Positions 25,675 through 38,685 of a stretch of DNA of 64,000 nt are shown piece by piece (the stretch's first letter is position 1; each line of letters begins with the position of its first letter). The notes under the pieces are model-generated. The model did not search any database and was not told where the DNA came from. It worked only from the letters and a program-made list of their open reading frames with translations. Source of the DNA: Octopus vulgaris (lineage: Eukaryota); assembly GCA_951406725.2 (NCBI GenBank), contig OX597833.1, positions 23,312,001-23,376,000 on the forward strand, read 5' to 3'. Both the position numbers and the translations under genes were made by a program.

Positions 25675-28215
25675 ATGGAGTTGTTCAATGTTAACGCCTC
25701 CCTTAAGGATATCCCTATACCACCGAAAAAAGCCTTCCTTAAGGAAATTATTAACAAGACCAATGCATTTATCATCCGCATCAGATGGCTCGCCTTCTTC
25801 CACGATAATGAGGACCTAAAACGGACCAGTAACGACGTCTCCCTTGGGTGTAAAAGACTATTTAAGTCGAGGTGAACTCCTCCACCTAATCCTAGATTGA
25901 AGAAATTCGAAGATGATCTTTGGGACATCGTAAAGAATATTAAATTTCAAAAATCACCCCTCAGGAATGAGCACGTCAGGTGCCTCGATGACGTCTCTGG
26001 GGATATGGACGGCTTGGATTCTGTCGTGGTCCGGTCGGATGAAACCGGCAACATCTATAGGCTTACCAAGAGCCATTATTTAGAACTGCTCGAAAAGGAG
26101 ATACATAAGAATTACAGGACCACCGGTGGGAGTGCCCTCAGGCGGGCCAACTTAGAAACTAAGCAGAGTATGGAGACTTACGGATTACAGATGAAGACGG
26201 AACCATTAAACCCTAGGCAATCCAGATTCATCTTAAAGGACCACAAACAGAACTTTCATACTGGCCCAGCATTGCGGCTCATATGCCCTTCCAGTTCAGA
26301 CATCGGTACCCTTAGTAAATACATATTAGATAAGTATATCCCTGTATTAATTAATAAATTAAAACTTAGCTTATGGTCCAATTCTGTTCAAGTCGTAGAT
26401 TGGGTTACTTCTATTACTGATGGGGCCAACACTAATTCGGTGTATCTGGTTTCTATTCTTCAATCAACCCTGTTGTACTTAATAAGGCCCTATGGCACGC
26501 GCACAGTGGGGCAGGCCTCTCCAGGGGGGAAATCGGTGTGATATTGACTGCTAGGAAGTTTTTCATCCAGTTCGGTAGAGATGCCCCTAATGCGTTTGAT
26601 GTACTAATGGGAAGTACAGACAGCGCCCAGATAGCCGGTTTGGTCGGAATTTATATTCTTTGTGAAATGGCCGACCAATTCCCGGACATCTGTGGAGGTC
26701 TTTATCGCGACGATTGTCTGCTTTACCTCCAAAACGTTTCGAACCAAAAAATACAGAAGGTTAAGAACAGATTGGTTGGGTTTTTTTAGTGGAGTGGGCT
26801 TGCGCATTGGTTTTTGACGATGAATTGGCTAGGGCCAACTTCTTGGACATTGCCCTCGGTTTGCAGAGTGACTCATGCTTCCCTTGTCGTGGACCTTCCG
26901 CAGATCTTGGGTGTGTTGGCATTTTCAGTGGTCATGCCAGACCAGTTGCCGATGGTTTAGTTGAAAACGTGTCTCTGAGACTGTCCAGGTTGTCTGCTGG
27001 TGTCGGCATCTTTGGCCAAGGGGCGGACTTCTGTGGCGCCGCCTTGTTGGGAGCCGGTTATGGGGAGAAAGTGTCATGCGTCGACTCAGCTCATTCTAAA
27101 CCAGCATCTGCTTCTCCAAATAGTAAAGTTACTCGTAATAGGAATAATGATTTCAATTCTAATAGTGCCAGCAACCCTGTACGTAAAATAAATTCTTTAC
27201 GGACTAGGGGAGGTAAGCGCCATGCAACCACAAATTTCCAACCCAGAAATTTTCCCCTTGCTATCACAAATGACACTGGGAACAATTCAAGGGCCACAGA
27301 AAACTGTATCTGGTTTGTAATACCTTTCAGAAAACAAATTAAATCGAACCTTCCCTTACAGTTCCGTGAAGCCGTTGCTGGGAGCTTTCCCAGAAATTCT
27401 GGATGTCATTCTGTTGTCGATTCACACGGGGTCAGAGTCGCTTTCTCTGGCACTAGGGGTCTTTCGCAAATTGTGTCTTCCCAATACCAAACTGCTAGAC
27501 GGGAATTCTTCACCCGGCAGTTCCAACACTAATCTTGCTAATTCCAACCCATCATACAATCATGGTGATAGGAGTAGTGTTGATGGTGACAGTATTGGTG
27601 GCGGCGAAAGTGTTGACGATGATGGTGTTGATAATGGTATTGGTCGTGTTGATAGTGGCGGCAGTGGCGGTGTTGTTGTCGGTGGTATTGCTGGTTGTAA
27701 TGCCGTTGGTAATACTAATGGTGGTGGAGGTGGTGTAGTTGTTGGCGCTAATGGTAATGGTGACAACGGTCATGACGGTAGAGGCTTCGTTTCGATCTCG
27801 GAGGACAGGCCCAGCAGAATTGGATTTTTGTCTGGTGGTTCTGGGTTTGGAAATTCTGTTTGCCAGTGTGGAGTTTCTTCCGGTGCCGGTGTCTTCTTCT
27901 GTGGGGGCGTCCACTTCCCAGTTGTCCAGGAGAGTTTCAGACCACTGCTCAACATTCAGGGATAGTAAGGGGCGACATAGTGCAGGGCTAAGTGAATTGG
28001 TTTGGCGTCTTAAGGACAACAATATAGTTTTCAAGTTGGATTGGTTCATACTGTCTGTGTCCTTTCCTTTTGATGGGGGCGGGAGATTTTGTAACATTTG
28101 TGACTCTGAATTCTTCCGTGTTCTTTTCTCTAGGGTTCCCCTGGTGGACACACTGATAGAGGGATCATACAGCTGTAAACACTGGCAGAGGCACACTTTC
28201 TGCTCATATAAATGA
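25675..28215 (+). pseudogene. PLE copy C
   Basis: Same sequence with small deletions near 26433 and 26572. Confidence 0.9.
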
Positions 28216-28831
28216 TAACGATAGTCACTGTGGTTTGAACAATTGGCTTTACGCCCACCCCACTTCTATAAAGTAATTCTTTCATAAGCCTTCGAACATT
28301 CTTTCAATCAACGTGCCCTTCCCTCTCCACTTGTTCCCTGCCTGTTATTGCTTTTTCCCTTCTCTTCCTACTATCTATTTTTGACGTCAATTCTTCTAAT
28401 GTTTTTTTAAAAAAAACACTCATTATCGCTTTGTTTGCCGTGTGGGCAATCATCAAAATTTTTGTTTGTCTTGTCGAGAGAGTTTCCCTTTCTTTCCTGG
28501 TGAGAAGATTGCATGGTGCACCCTTTATTCCTTTGGAATGAAAACATGCTGTCTTCGAAACATGAGTCGAGAGTAAAGGAATTTTGTTAACATCTTCGTT
28601 CGACTCCATTCTTTCATTTATTTATATACAACACACAGATTTCTACACATGAACCCGGAGTTTCTACCCTTGACAGGTCGCTTCAACCGTGTTTCTGACG
28701 TGAATTTGCTACCCAGGTTTCGGTTTTAACGAATTTTGCATGCTGACGATAAACATAGGATAATTCATTCACCTACTTAAATATTCTTATACAGTTTCCC
28801 TGAGAACCTGCTAACATAACCGATACCGCAA

Positions 28832-31800
28832 ATGGAGTTGTTCAATGTTAACGCCTCCCTTAAGGATATCCCTATACCACCGAAAAAAGCCTTCCTTAAG
28901 GAAATTATTAACAAGACCAATGCATTTATCATCCGCATCAGATGGCTCGCCTTCTTCCACGATAATGAGGACCTAAAACGGACCAGTAACGACGTCTCCC
29001 TTGGGTGTAAAAGACTATTTAAGTCGAGGTGAACTCCTCCACCTAATCCTAGATTGAAGAAATTCGAAGATGATCTTTGGGACATCGTAAAGAATATTAA
29101 ATTTCATAAATCACCCCTCAGGAATGAGCACGTCAGGTGCCTCGATGACGTCTCTGGGGATATGGACGGCTTGGATTCTGTCGTGGTCCGGTCGGATGAA
29201 ACCGGCAACATCTATAAGTTTACCAAGAGCCATTATTTAGAACTGCTCGAAAAGGAGATACATAAGAATTACAGGACCACCGGTGGGAGTGCCCTCAGGC
29301 GGGCCAACTTAGAAACTAAGCAGAGTATGGAGACTTACGGATTACAGATGAAGACGGAACCATTAAACCCTAGGCAACCCAGATTCATCTTAAAGGACCA
29401 CAAACAGAACTTTCATACTGGCCCAGCATTGCGGCTCATATGCCCTTCCAGTTCAGACATCGGTACCCTTAGTAAATACATATTAGATAAGTATATCCCT
29501 ATATTAATTAATAAATTAAAACTTAGCTTATGGTCCAATTCTGTTCAAGTCGTAGATTGGTTTACTTCTATTACTGATGGGGCCAACACTAATTCGGTGT
29601 ATCTGGTTTCTATTCTTCAATCAACCCTGTTGTACTTAATAAGGCCCTATGGCACGCGCACAGTGGGGCAGGCCTCTCCAGGGGAAATCGGTGTGATATT
29701 GACTGCTAAGAAGTTTTTCATCCAGTTCGGTAGAGATGCCCCTAATGCGTTTGATGTACTAATGGGAAGTACAGACAGCGCCCAGAAAGCCGGTTTGGTC
29801 GGAATTTATATTCTTTGTGAAATGGCCGACCAATTCCCGGACATCTGTGGAGGTCTTTATCGCGACGATTGTCTGCTTTACCTCCAAAACGTTTCGAACC
29901 AAAAAATACAGAAGGTTAAGAACAGATTGGTTGGGTTTTTTAGTGGAGTGGGCTTGCGCATTGGTTTTTGACGATGAATTGGCTAGGGCCAACTTCTTGG
30001 ACATTGCCCTCGGTTTGCAGAGTGACTCATGCTTCCCTTGTCGTGGACCTTCCGCAGATCTTGGGTGTGTTGGCATTTTCAGTGGTCATGCCAGACCAGT
30101 TGCCGATGGTTTAGTTGAAAACGTGTCTCTGAGACTGTCCAGGTTGTCTGCTGGTGTCGGCATCTTTGGCCAAGGGGCGGACTTCTGTGGCGCCGCCTTG
30201 TTGGGAGCCGGTTATGGGGAGAAAGTGTCATGCGTCGACTCAGCTCATTCTAAACCAGCATCTGCTTCTCCAAATAGTAAAGTTACTCGTAATAGGAATA
30301 ATGATTTCAATTCTAATAGTGCCAGCAACCCTGTACGTAAAATAAATTCTTTACGGACTAGGGGAGGTAAGCGCCATGCAACCACAAATTTCCAACCCAG
30401 AAATTTTCCCCTTGCTATCACAAATGACACTGGGAACAATTCAAGGGCCACAGAAAACTGTATCTGGTTTGTAATACCTTTCAGAAAACAAATTAAATCG
30501 AACCTTCCCTTACAGTTCCGTGAAGCCGTTGCTGGGAGCTTTCCCAGAAATTCTGGATGTCATTCTGTTGTCGATTCACACGGGGTCAGAGTCGCTTTCT
30601 CTGGCACTAGGGGTCTTTCGCAAATTGTGTCTTCCCAATACCAAACTGCTAGACGGGAATTCTTCACCCGGCAGTTCCAACACTAATCTTGCTAATTCCA
30701 ACCCATCATACAATCATGGTGATAGGAGTAGTGTTGATGGTGACAGTATTGGTGGCGGCGAAAGTGTTGACGATGATGGTGTTGATAATGGTATTGGTCG
30801 TGTTGATAGTGGCGGCAGTGGCGGTGTTGTTGTCGGTGGTATTGCTGGTTGTAATGCCGTTGGTAATACTAATGGTGGTGGAGGTGGTGTAGTTGTTGGC
30901 GCTAATGGTAATGGAGACAACGGTCATGACGGTAGAGGCTTCGTTTCGATCTCGGAGAACAGCCCCAGCAGAATTGGATTTTTGTCTGGTGGTTCTGGGA
31001 TTGGGAATTCTGTTTGCCAGTGTGGAGTTTCTTCCGGTGCCGGTGTCTTCTTCTGTGTGGGGGCGTCCACTTCCCAGTTGTCCAGGAGAGTTTCAGACCA
31101 CTGCTCAACATTCAGGGATAGTAAGGGGCGACATAGTGCAGGGCTAAGTGAATTGGTTTGGCGTCTTAAGGACAACAATATAGTTTTCAAGTTGGATTGG
31201 TTCATACTGTCTGTGTCCTTTCCTTTTGTGGTATAGAAACTCCGGGTTCATGTGTAGAAATCTGTGTGTTGTATATGAATAATTGAAAGAATGGAGTCGA
31301 TCGAAGATGTTAACAATATTCCTTTACTCTCGACTCATGTTTCGAAGACAGCATGTTTTCATTCCAAAGGAATAAAGGGTGCACCATGCAATCTTCTCAC
31401 CAGGAAAGAAAGGGAACCTCTCTCGACAACAAGACAAACAAAATTTTGATGATTGCCCACACGGCAAACAAAGCGATAATAAGTGTTTTTTTTAAAAAAA
31501 CATTGGAAGAATTGACGTCAAAAATAGATAGTAGGAAGAGAAGGGACAAAGCAATAACAGGCAGGGAACAAGTGGGAAGGGAAGGGCACGTTGATTGAAA
31601 GAATGTTCGAAGGCTTATGAAAGAATTTCTTTATAGAAGTGGGGTGGGCGTAAAGCCAATTGTTCAAACCACAGGATAGTAAGGGGCGACATAGTGCAGG
31701 GCTAAGTGAATTGGTTTGGCGTCTTAAGGACAACAATATAGTTTTCAAGTTGGATTGGTTCATACTCTCTGTGTCCTTTCCTTTTGATGGGGGCGGGAGA

Positions 31801-31927
31801 TTTTGTAACATTGGTGACTCTGAATTCTTCCGTGTTCTTTTCTCTAGGGTTCCCCTGGTGGACACCGATAGAGGGATCATACAGCTGTAAACACTGGCAG
31901 AGGCACACTTTCTGCTAATATAAATGA
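28832..31927 (+). pseudogene. PLE copy D, with inverted pLTR segment 31234-31674
   Basis: 3' part duplicates copy B at 6867-6868 bp offset. Confidence 0.9.
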
Positions 31928-32542
31928 TAACGATAGTCACTGTGGTTTGAACAATTGGCTTTACGCCCACCCCACTTCTATAAAGTAATTCTTTCATAAG
32001 CCTTCGAACATTCTTTCAATCAACGTGCCCTTCCCTCTCCACTTGTTCCCTGCCTGTTATTGCTTTTTCCCTTCTCTTCCTACTATCTATTTTTGACGTC
32101 AATTCTTCTAATGTTTTTTTTAAAAAAACACTCATTATCGCTTTGTTTGCCGTGTGGGCAATCATCAAAATTTTTGTTTGTCTTGTCGAGAGAGTTTCCC
32201 TTTCTTTCCTGGTGAGAAGATTGCATGGTGCACCCTTTATTCCTTTGGAATGAAAACATGCTGTCTTCGAAACATGAGTCGAGAGTAAAGGAATTTTGTT
32301 AACATCTTCGTTCGACTCCATTCTTTCATTTATTTATATACAACACACAGATTTCTACACATGAACCCGGAGTTTCTACCCTTGACAGGTCGCTTCAACC
32401 GTGTTTCTGACGTGAATTTGCTACCCAGGTTTCGGTTAAACGAATTTTCCATGCTGACGATAAACATAGGATAATTCATTCACCTACTTAAATATTCTTA
32501 TACAGTTTCCCTGAGAACCTGCTAACATAACCGATACCGCAA

Positions 32543-35081
32543 ATGGAGTTGTTCAATGTTAACGCCTCCCTTAAGGATATCCCTATACCACCGAAAAAAG
32601 CCTTCCTTAAGGAAATTATTAACAAGACCAATGCATTTATCATCCGCATCAGATGGCTCGCCTTCTTCCACGATAATGAGGACCTAAAACGGACCAGTAA
32701 CGACGTCTCCCTTGGGTGTAAAAGACTATTTAAGTCGAGGTGAACTCCTCCACCTAATCCTAGATTGAAGAAATTCGAAGATGATCTTTGGGACATCGTA
32801 AAGAATATTAAATTTCAAAAATCACCCCTCAGGAATGAGCACGTCAGGTGCCTCGATGACGTCTCTGGGGATATGGACGGCTTGGATTCTGTCGTGGTCC
32901 GGTCGGATGAAACCGGCAACATCTATAGGCTTACCAAGAGCCATTATTTAGAACTGCTCGAAAAGGAGATACATAAGAATTACAGGACCACCGGTGGGAG
33001 TGCCCTCAGGCGGGCCAACTTAGAAACTAAGCAGAGTATGGAGACTTACGGATTACAGATGAAGACGGAACCATTAAACCCTAGGCAATCCAGATTCATC
33101 TTAAAGGACCACAAACAGAACTTTCATACTGGCCCAGCATTGCGGCTCATATGCCCTTCCAGTTCAGACATCGGTACCCTTAGTAAATACATATTAGATA
33201 AGTATATCCCTGTATTAATTAATAAATTAAAACTTAGCTTATGGTCCAATTCTGTTCAAGTCGTAGATTGGGTTACTTCTATTACTGATGGGGCCAACAC
33301 TAATTCGGTGTATCTGGTTTCTATTCTTCAATCAACCCTGTTGTACTTAATAAGGCCCTATGGCACGCGCACAGTGGGGCAGGCCTCTCCAGGGGGAAAT
33401 CGGTGTGATATTGACTGCTAGGAAGTTTTTCATCCAGTTCGGTAGAGATGCCCCTAATGCGTTTGATGTACTAATGGGAAGTACAGACAGCGCCCAGATA
33501 GCCGGTTTGGTCGGAATTTATATTCTTTGTGAAATGGCCGACCAATTCCCGGACATCTGTGGAGGTCTTTATCGCGACGATTGTCTGCTTTACCTCCAAA
33601 ACGTTTCGAACCAAAAAATACAGAAGGTTAAGAACAGATTGGTTGGGTTTTTTAGTGGAGTGGGCTTGCGCATTGGTTTTTGACGATGAATTGGCTAGGG
33701 CCAACTTCTTGGACATTGCCCTCGGTTTGCAGAGTGACTCATGCTTCCCTTGTCGTGGACCTTCCGCAGATCTTGGGTGTGTTGGCATTTTCAGTGGTCA
33801 TGCCAGACCAGTTGCCGATGGTTTAGTTGAAAACGTGTCTCTGAGACTGTCCAGGTTGTCTGCTGGTGTCGGCATCTTTGGCCAAGGGGCGGACTTCTGT
33901 GGCGCCGCCTTGTTGGGAGCCGGTTATGGGGAGAAAGTGTCATGCGTCGACTCAGCTCATTCTAAACCAGCATCTGCTTCTCCAAATAGTAAAGTTACTC
34001 GTAATAGGAATAATGATTTCAATTCTAATAGTGCCAGCAACCCTGTACGTAAAATAAATTCTTTACGGACTAGGGGAGGTAAGCGCCATGCAACCACAAA
34101 TTTCCAACCCAGAAATTTTCCCCTTGCTATCACAAATGACACTGGGAACAATTCAAGGGCCACAGAAAACTGTATCTGGTTTGTAATACCTTTCAGAAAA
34201 CAAATTAAATCGAACCTTCCCTTACAGTTCCGTGAAGCCGTTGCTGGGAGCTTTCCCAGAAATTCTGGATGTCATTCTGTTGTCGATTCACACGGGGTCA
34301 GAGTCGCTTTCTCTGGCACTAGGGGTCTTTCGCAAATTGTGTCTTCCCAATACCAAACTGCTAGACGGGAATTCTTCACCCGGCAGTTCCAACACTAATC
34401 TTGCTAATTCCAACCCATCATACAATCATGGTGATAGGAGTAGTGTTGATGGTGACAGTATTGGTGGCGGCGAAAGTGTTGACGATGATGGTGTTGATAA
34501 TGGTATTGGTCGTGTTGATAGTGGCGGCAGTGGCGGTGTTGTTGTCGGTGGTATTGCTGGTTGTAATGCCGTTGGTAATACTAATGGTGGTGGAGGTGGT
34601 GTAGTTGTTGGCGCTAATGGTAATGGTGACAACGGTCATGACGGTAGAGGCTTCGTTTCGATCTCGGAGGACAGGCCCAGCAGAATTGGATTTTTGTCTG
34701 GTGGTTCTGGGTTTGGAAATTCTGTTTGCCAGTGTGGAGTTTCTTCCGGTGCCGGTGTCTTCTTCTGTGGGGGCGTCCACTTCCCAGTTGTCCAGGAGAG
34801 TTTCAGACCACTGCTCAACATTCAGGGATAGTAAGGGGCGACATAGTGCAGGGCTAAGTGAATTGGTTTGGCGTCTTAAGGACAACAATATAGTTTTCAA
34901 GTTGGATTGGTTCATACTGTCTGTGTCCTTTCCTTTTGATGGGGGCGGGAGATTTTGTAACATTTGTGACTCTGAATTCTTCCGTGTTCTTTTCTCTAGG
35001 GTTCCCCTGGTGGACACACTGATAGAGGGATCATACAGCTGTAAACACTGGCAGAGGCACACTTTCTGCTCATATAAATGA
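32543..35081 (+). pseudogene. PLE copy E
   Basis: Nearly identical to copy C at 6866-6868 bp offset. Confidence 0.9.
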
Positions 35082-35697
35082 TAACGATAGTCACTGTGGT
35101 TTGAACAATTGGCTTTACGCCCACCCCACTTCTATAAAGTAATTCTTTCATAAGCCTTCGAACATTCTTTCAATCAACGTGCCCTTCCCTCTCCACTTGT
35201 TCCCTGCCTGTTATTGCTTTTTCCCTTCTCTTCCTACTATCTATTTTTGACGTCAATTCTTCTAATGTTTTTTTAAAAAAAACACTCATTATCGCTTTGT
35301 TTGCCGTGTGGGCAATCATCAAAATTTTTGTTTGTCTTGTCGAGAGAGTTTCCCTTTCTTTCCTGGTGAGAAGATTGCATGGTGCACCCTTTATTCCTTT
35401 GGAATGAAAACATGCTGTCTTCGAAACATGAGTCGAGAGTAAAGGAATTTTGTTAACATCTTCGTTCGACTCCATTCTTTCATTTATTTATATACAACAC
35501 ACAGATTTCTACACATGAACCCGGAGTTTCTACCCTTGACAGGTCGCTTCAACCGTGTTTCTGACGTGAATTTGCTACCCAGGTTTCGGTTTTAACGAAT
35601 TTTGCATGCTGACGATAAACATAGGATAATTCATTCACCTACTTAAATATTCTTATACAGTTTCCCTGAGAACCTGCTAACATAACCGATACCGCAA

Positions 35698-38227
35698 ATG
35701 GAGTTGTTCAATGTTAACGCCTCCCTTAAGGATATCCCTATACCACCGAAAAAAGCCTTCCTTAAGGAAATTATTAACAAGACCAATGCATTTATCATCC
35801 GCATCAGATGGCTCGCCTTCTTCCACGATAATGAGGACCTAAAACGGACCAGTAACGACGTCTCCCTTGGGTGTAAAAGACTATTTAAGTCGAGGTGAAC
35901 TCCTCCACCTAATCCTAGATTGAAGAAATTCGAAGATGATCTTTGGGACATCGTAAAGAATATTAAATTTCATAAATCACCCCTCAGGAATGAGCACGTC
36001 AGGTGCCTCGATGACGTCTCTGGGGATATGGACGGCTTGGATTCTGTCGTGGTCCGGTCGGATGAAACCGGCAACATCTATAAGTTTACCAAGAGCCATT
36101 ATTTAGAACTGCTCGAAAAGGAGATACATAAGAATTACAGGACCACCGGTGGGAGTGCCCTCAGGCGGGCCAACTTAGAAACTAAGCAGAGTATGGAGAC
36201 TTACGGATTACAGATGAAGACGGAACCATTAAACCCTAGGCAACCCAGATTCATCTTAAAGGACCACAAACAGAACTTTCATACTGGCCCAGCATTGCGG
36301 CTCATATGCCCTTCCAGTTCAGACATCGGTACCCTTAGTAAATACATATTAGATAAGTATATCCCTATATTAATTAATAAATTAAAACTTAGCTTATGGT
36401 CCAATTCTGTTCAAGTCGTAGATTGGTTTACTTCTATTACTGATGGGGCCAACACTAATTCGGTGTATCTGGTTTCTATTCTTCAATCAACCCTGTTGTA
36501 CTTAATAAGGCCCTATGGCACGCGCACAGTGGGGCAGGCCTCTCCAGGGGGGAAATCGGTGTGATATTGACTGCTAAGAAGTTTTTCATCCAGTTCGGTA
36601 GAGATGCCCCTAATGCGTTTGATGTACTAATGGGAAGTACAGACAGCGCCCAGATAGCCGGTTTGGTCGGAATTTATATTCTTTGTGAAATGGCCGACCA
36701 ATTCCCGGACATCTGTGGAGGTCTTTATCGCGACGATTGTCTGCTTTACCTCCAAAACGTTTCGAACCAAAAAATACAGAAGGTTAAGAACAGATTGGTT
36801 GGGTTTTTTAGTGGAGTGGGCTTGCGCATTGGTTTTTGACGATGAATTGGCTAGGGCCAACTTCTTGGACATTGCCCTCGGTTTGCAGAGTGACTCATGC
36901 TTCCCTTGTCGTGGACCTTCCGCAGATCTTGGGTGTGTTGGCATTTTCAGTGGTCATGCCAGACCAGTTGCCGATGGTTTAGTTGAAAACGTGTCTCTGA
37001 GACTGTCCAGGTTGTCTGCTGGTGTCGGCATCTTTGGCCAAGGGGCGGACTTCTGTGGCGCCGCCTTGTTGGGAGCCGGTTATGGGAGAAAGTGTCATGC
37101 GTCGACTCAGCTCATTCTAAACCAGCATCTGCTTCTCCAAATAGTAAAGTTACTCGTAATAGGAATAATGATTTCAATTCTAATAGTGCCAGCAACCCTG
37201 AACGTAAAATGAATTCTTTACGGACTAGGGGAGGTAAGCGCCATGCAACCACAAATTTCCAACCCAGAAATTTTCCCCTTGCTATCACAAATGACACTGG
37301 GAACAATTCAAGGGCCACAGAAAACTGTATCTGGTTTGTAATACCTTTCAGAAAACAAATTAAATCGAACCTTCCCTTACAGTTCCGTGAAGTCGTTGCT
37401 GGGAGCTTTCCCAGAAATTCTGGATGTCATTCTGTTGTCGATTCACACGGGGTCAGAGTCGCTTTCTCTGGCACTAGGGGTCTTTCGCAAATTGTGTCTT
37501 CCCAATACCAAACTGCTAGACGGGAAATCTTCACCCGGCAGTTCCAACACTAATCTTGCTAATTCCAACCAATCATACAATCATGGTGATAGGAGTAGTG
37601 TTGATGGTGACAGTATTGGTGGCGGCGAAAGTGTTGACGATGATGGTGTTGATAATGGTATTGGTCGTGTTGATAGTGGCGGTGTTGTTGTCGGTCGTAT
37701 TGCTGGTTGTAATGCCGTTGGTAATACTAATGGTGGTGGAGGTGGTGTAGTTGTTGGCGCTAATGGTAATGGTGACAACGGTCATGACGGTAGAGGCTTC
37801 GTTTAGATCTCGGAGGACAGCCCCAGCAGAATTGGATTTTTGTCTGGTGGTTCTGGGCTTGGAAATTCTGTTTGCCAGTGTGGAGTTTCTTCCGGTGCCG
37901 GTGTCTTCTTCTGTGGGGGCGTCCACTTCCCAGTTGTCCAGGAGAGTTTCAGACCACTGCTCAACATTCAGGGATAGTAAGGGGCGACATAGTGCAGGGC
38001 TAAGTGAATTGGTTTGGCGTCTTAAGGACAACAATATAGTTTTCAAGTTGGATTGGTTCATACTGTCTGTGTCCTTTCCTTTTGATGGGGGCGGGAGATT
38101 TTGTAACATTTGTGATTCTGAATTCTTCCGTGTTCTTTTCTCTAGGGTTCCCCTGGTGGACACACTGATAGAGGGATCATACAGCTGTAAACACTGGCAG
38201 AGGCACACTTTCTGCTCATATAAATGA
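35698..38227 (+). pseudogene. PLE copy F
   Basis: Same ORF remnants; followed by pLTR to 38680. Confidence 0.9.
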
Positions 38228-38685
38228 TAACGATAGTCACTGTGGTTTGAACAATTGGCTTTACGCCCACCCCACTTCTATAAAGAAATTCTTTCATAAG
38301 CCTTCGAACATTCTTTCAATCAACGTGCCCTTCCCTCTCCACTTGTTCCCTGCCTGTTATTGCTTTGTCCCTTCTCTTCCTACTATCTATTTTTGACGTC
38401 AATTCTTCTAACGTTTTTTTAAAAAAAACACTTATTATCGCTTTGTTTGCCGTGTGGGCAATCATCAAAATTTTGTTTGTCTTGTTGTCGAGGGAGGTTC
38501 CCTTTCTTTCCTGGTGAGAAGATTGCATGGTGCACCCTTTATTTCTTTGGAATGAAAACATGCTGTCTTCGAAACATGAGTCGAGAGTAAAGGAATTTTG
38601 TTAACATCTTCGTTCGACTCCATTCTTTCATTTATTCATATACAACACACAGATTTCTACACATGAACCCGGAGTTTCTATACCA

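Noticed and set aside
25873-25875. In-frame TGA as selenocysteine
   Set aside because: Other copies have GGA/GGG-type sequence at this position and no SECIS was recognised; a simple nonsense change.
19615-36555. Copy-specific frameshifts as programmed frameshifting
   Set aside because: They fall in G, T or A homopolymers of variable length, typical of slippage or long-read error.
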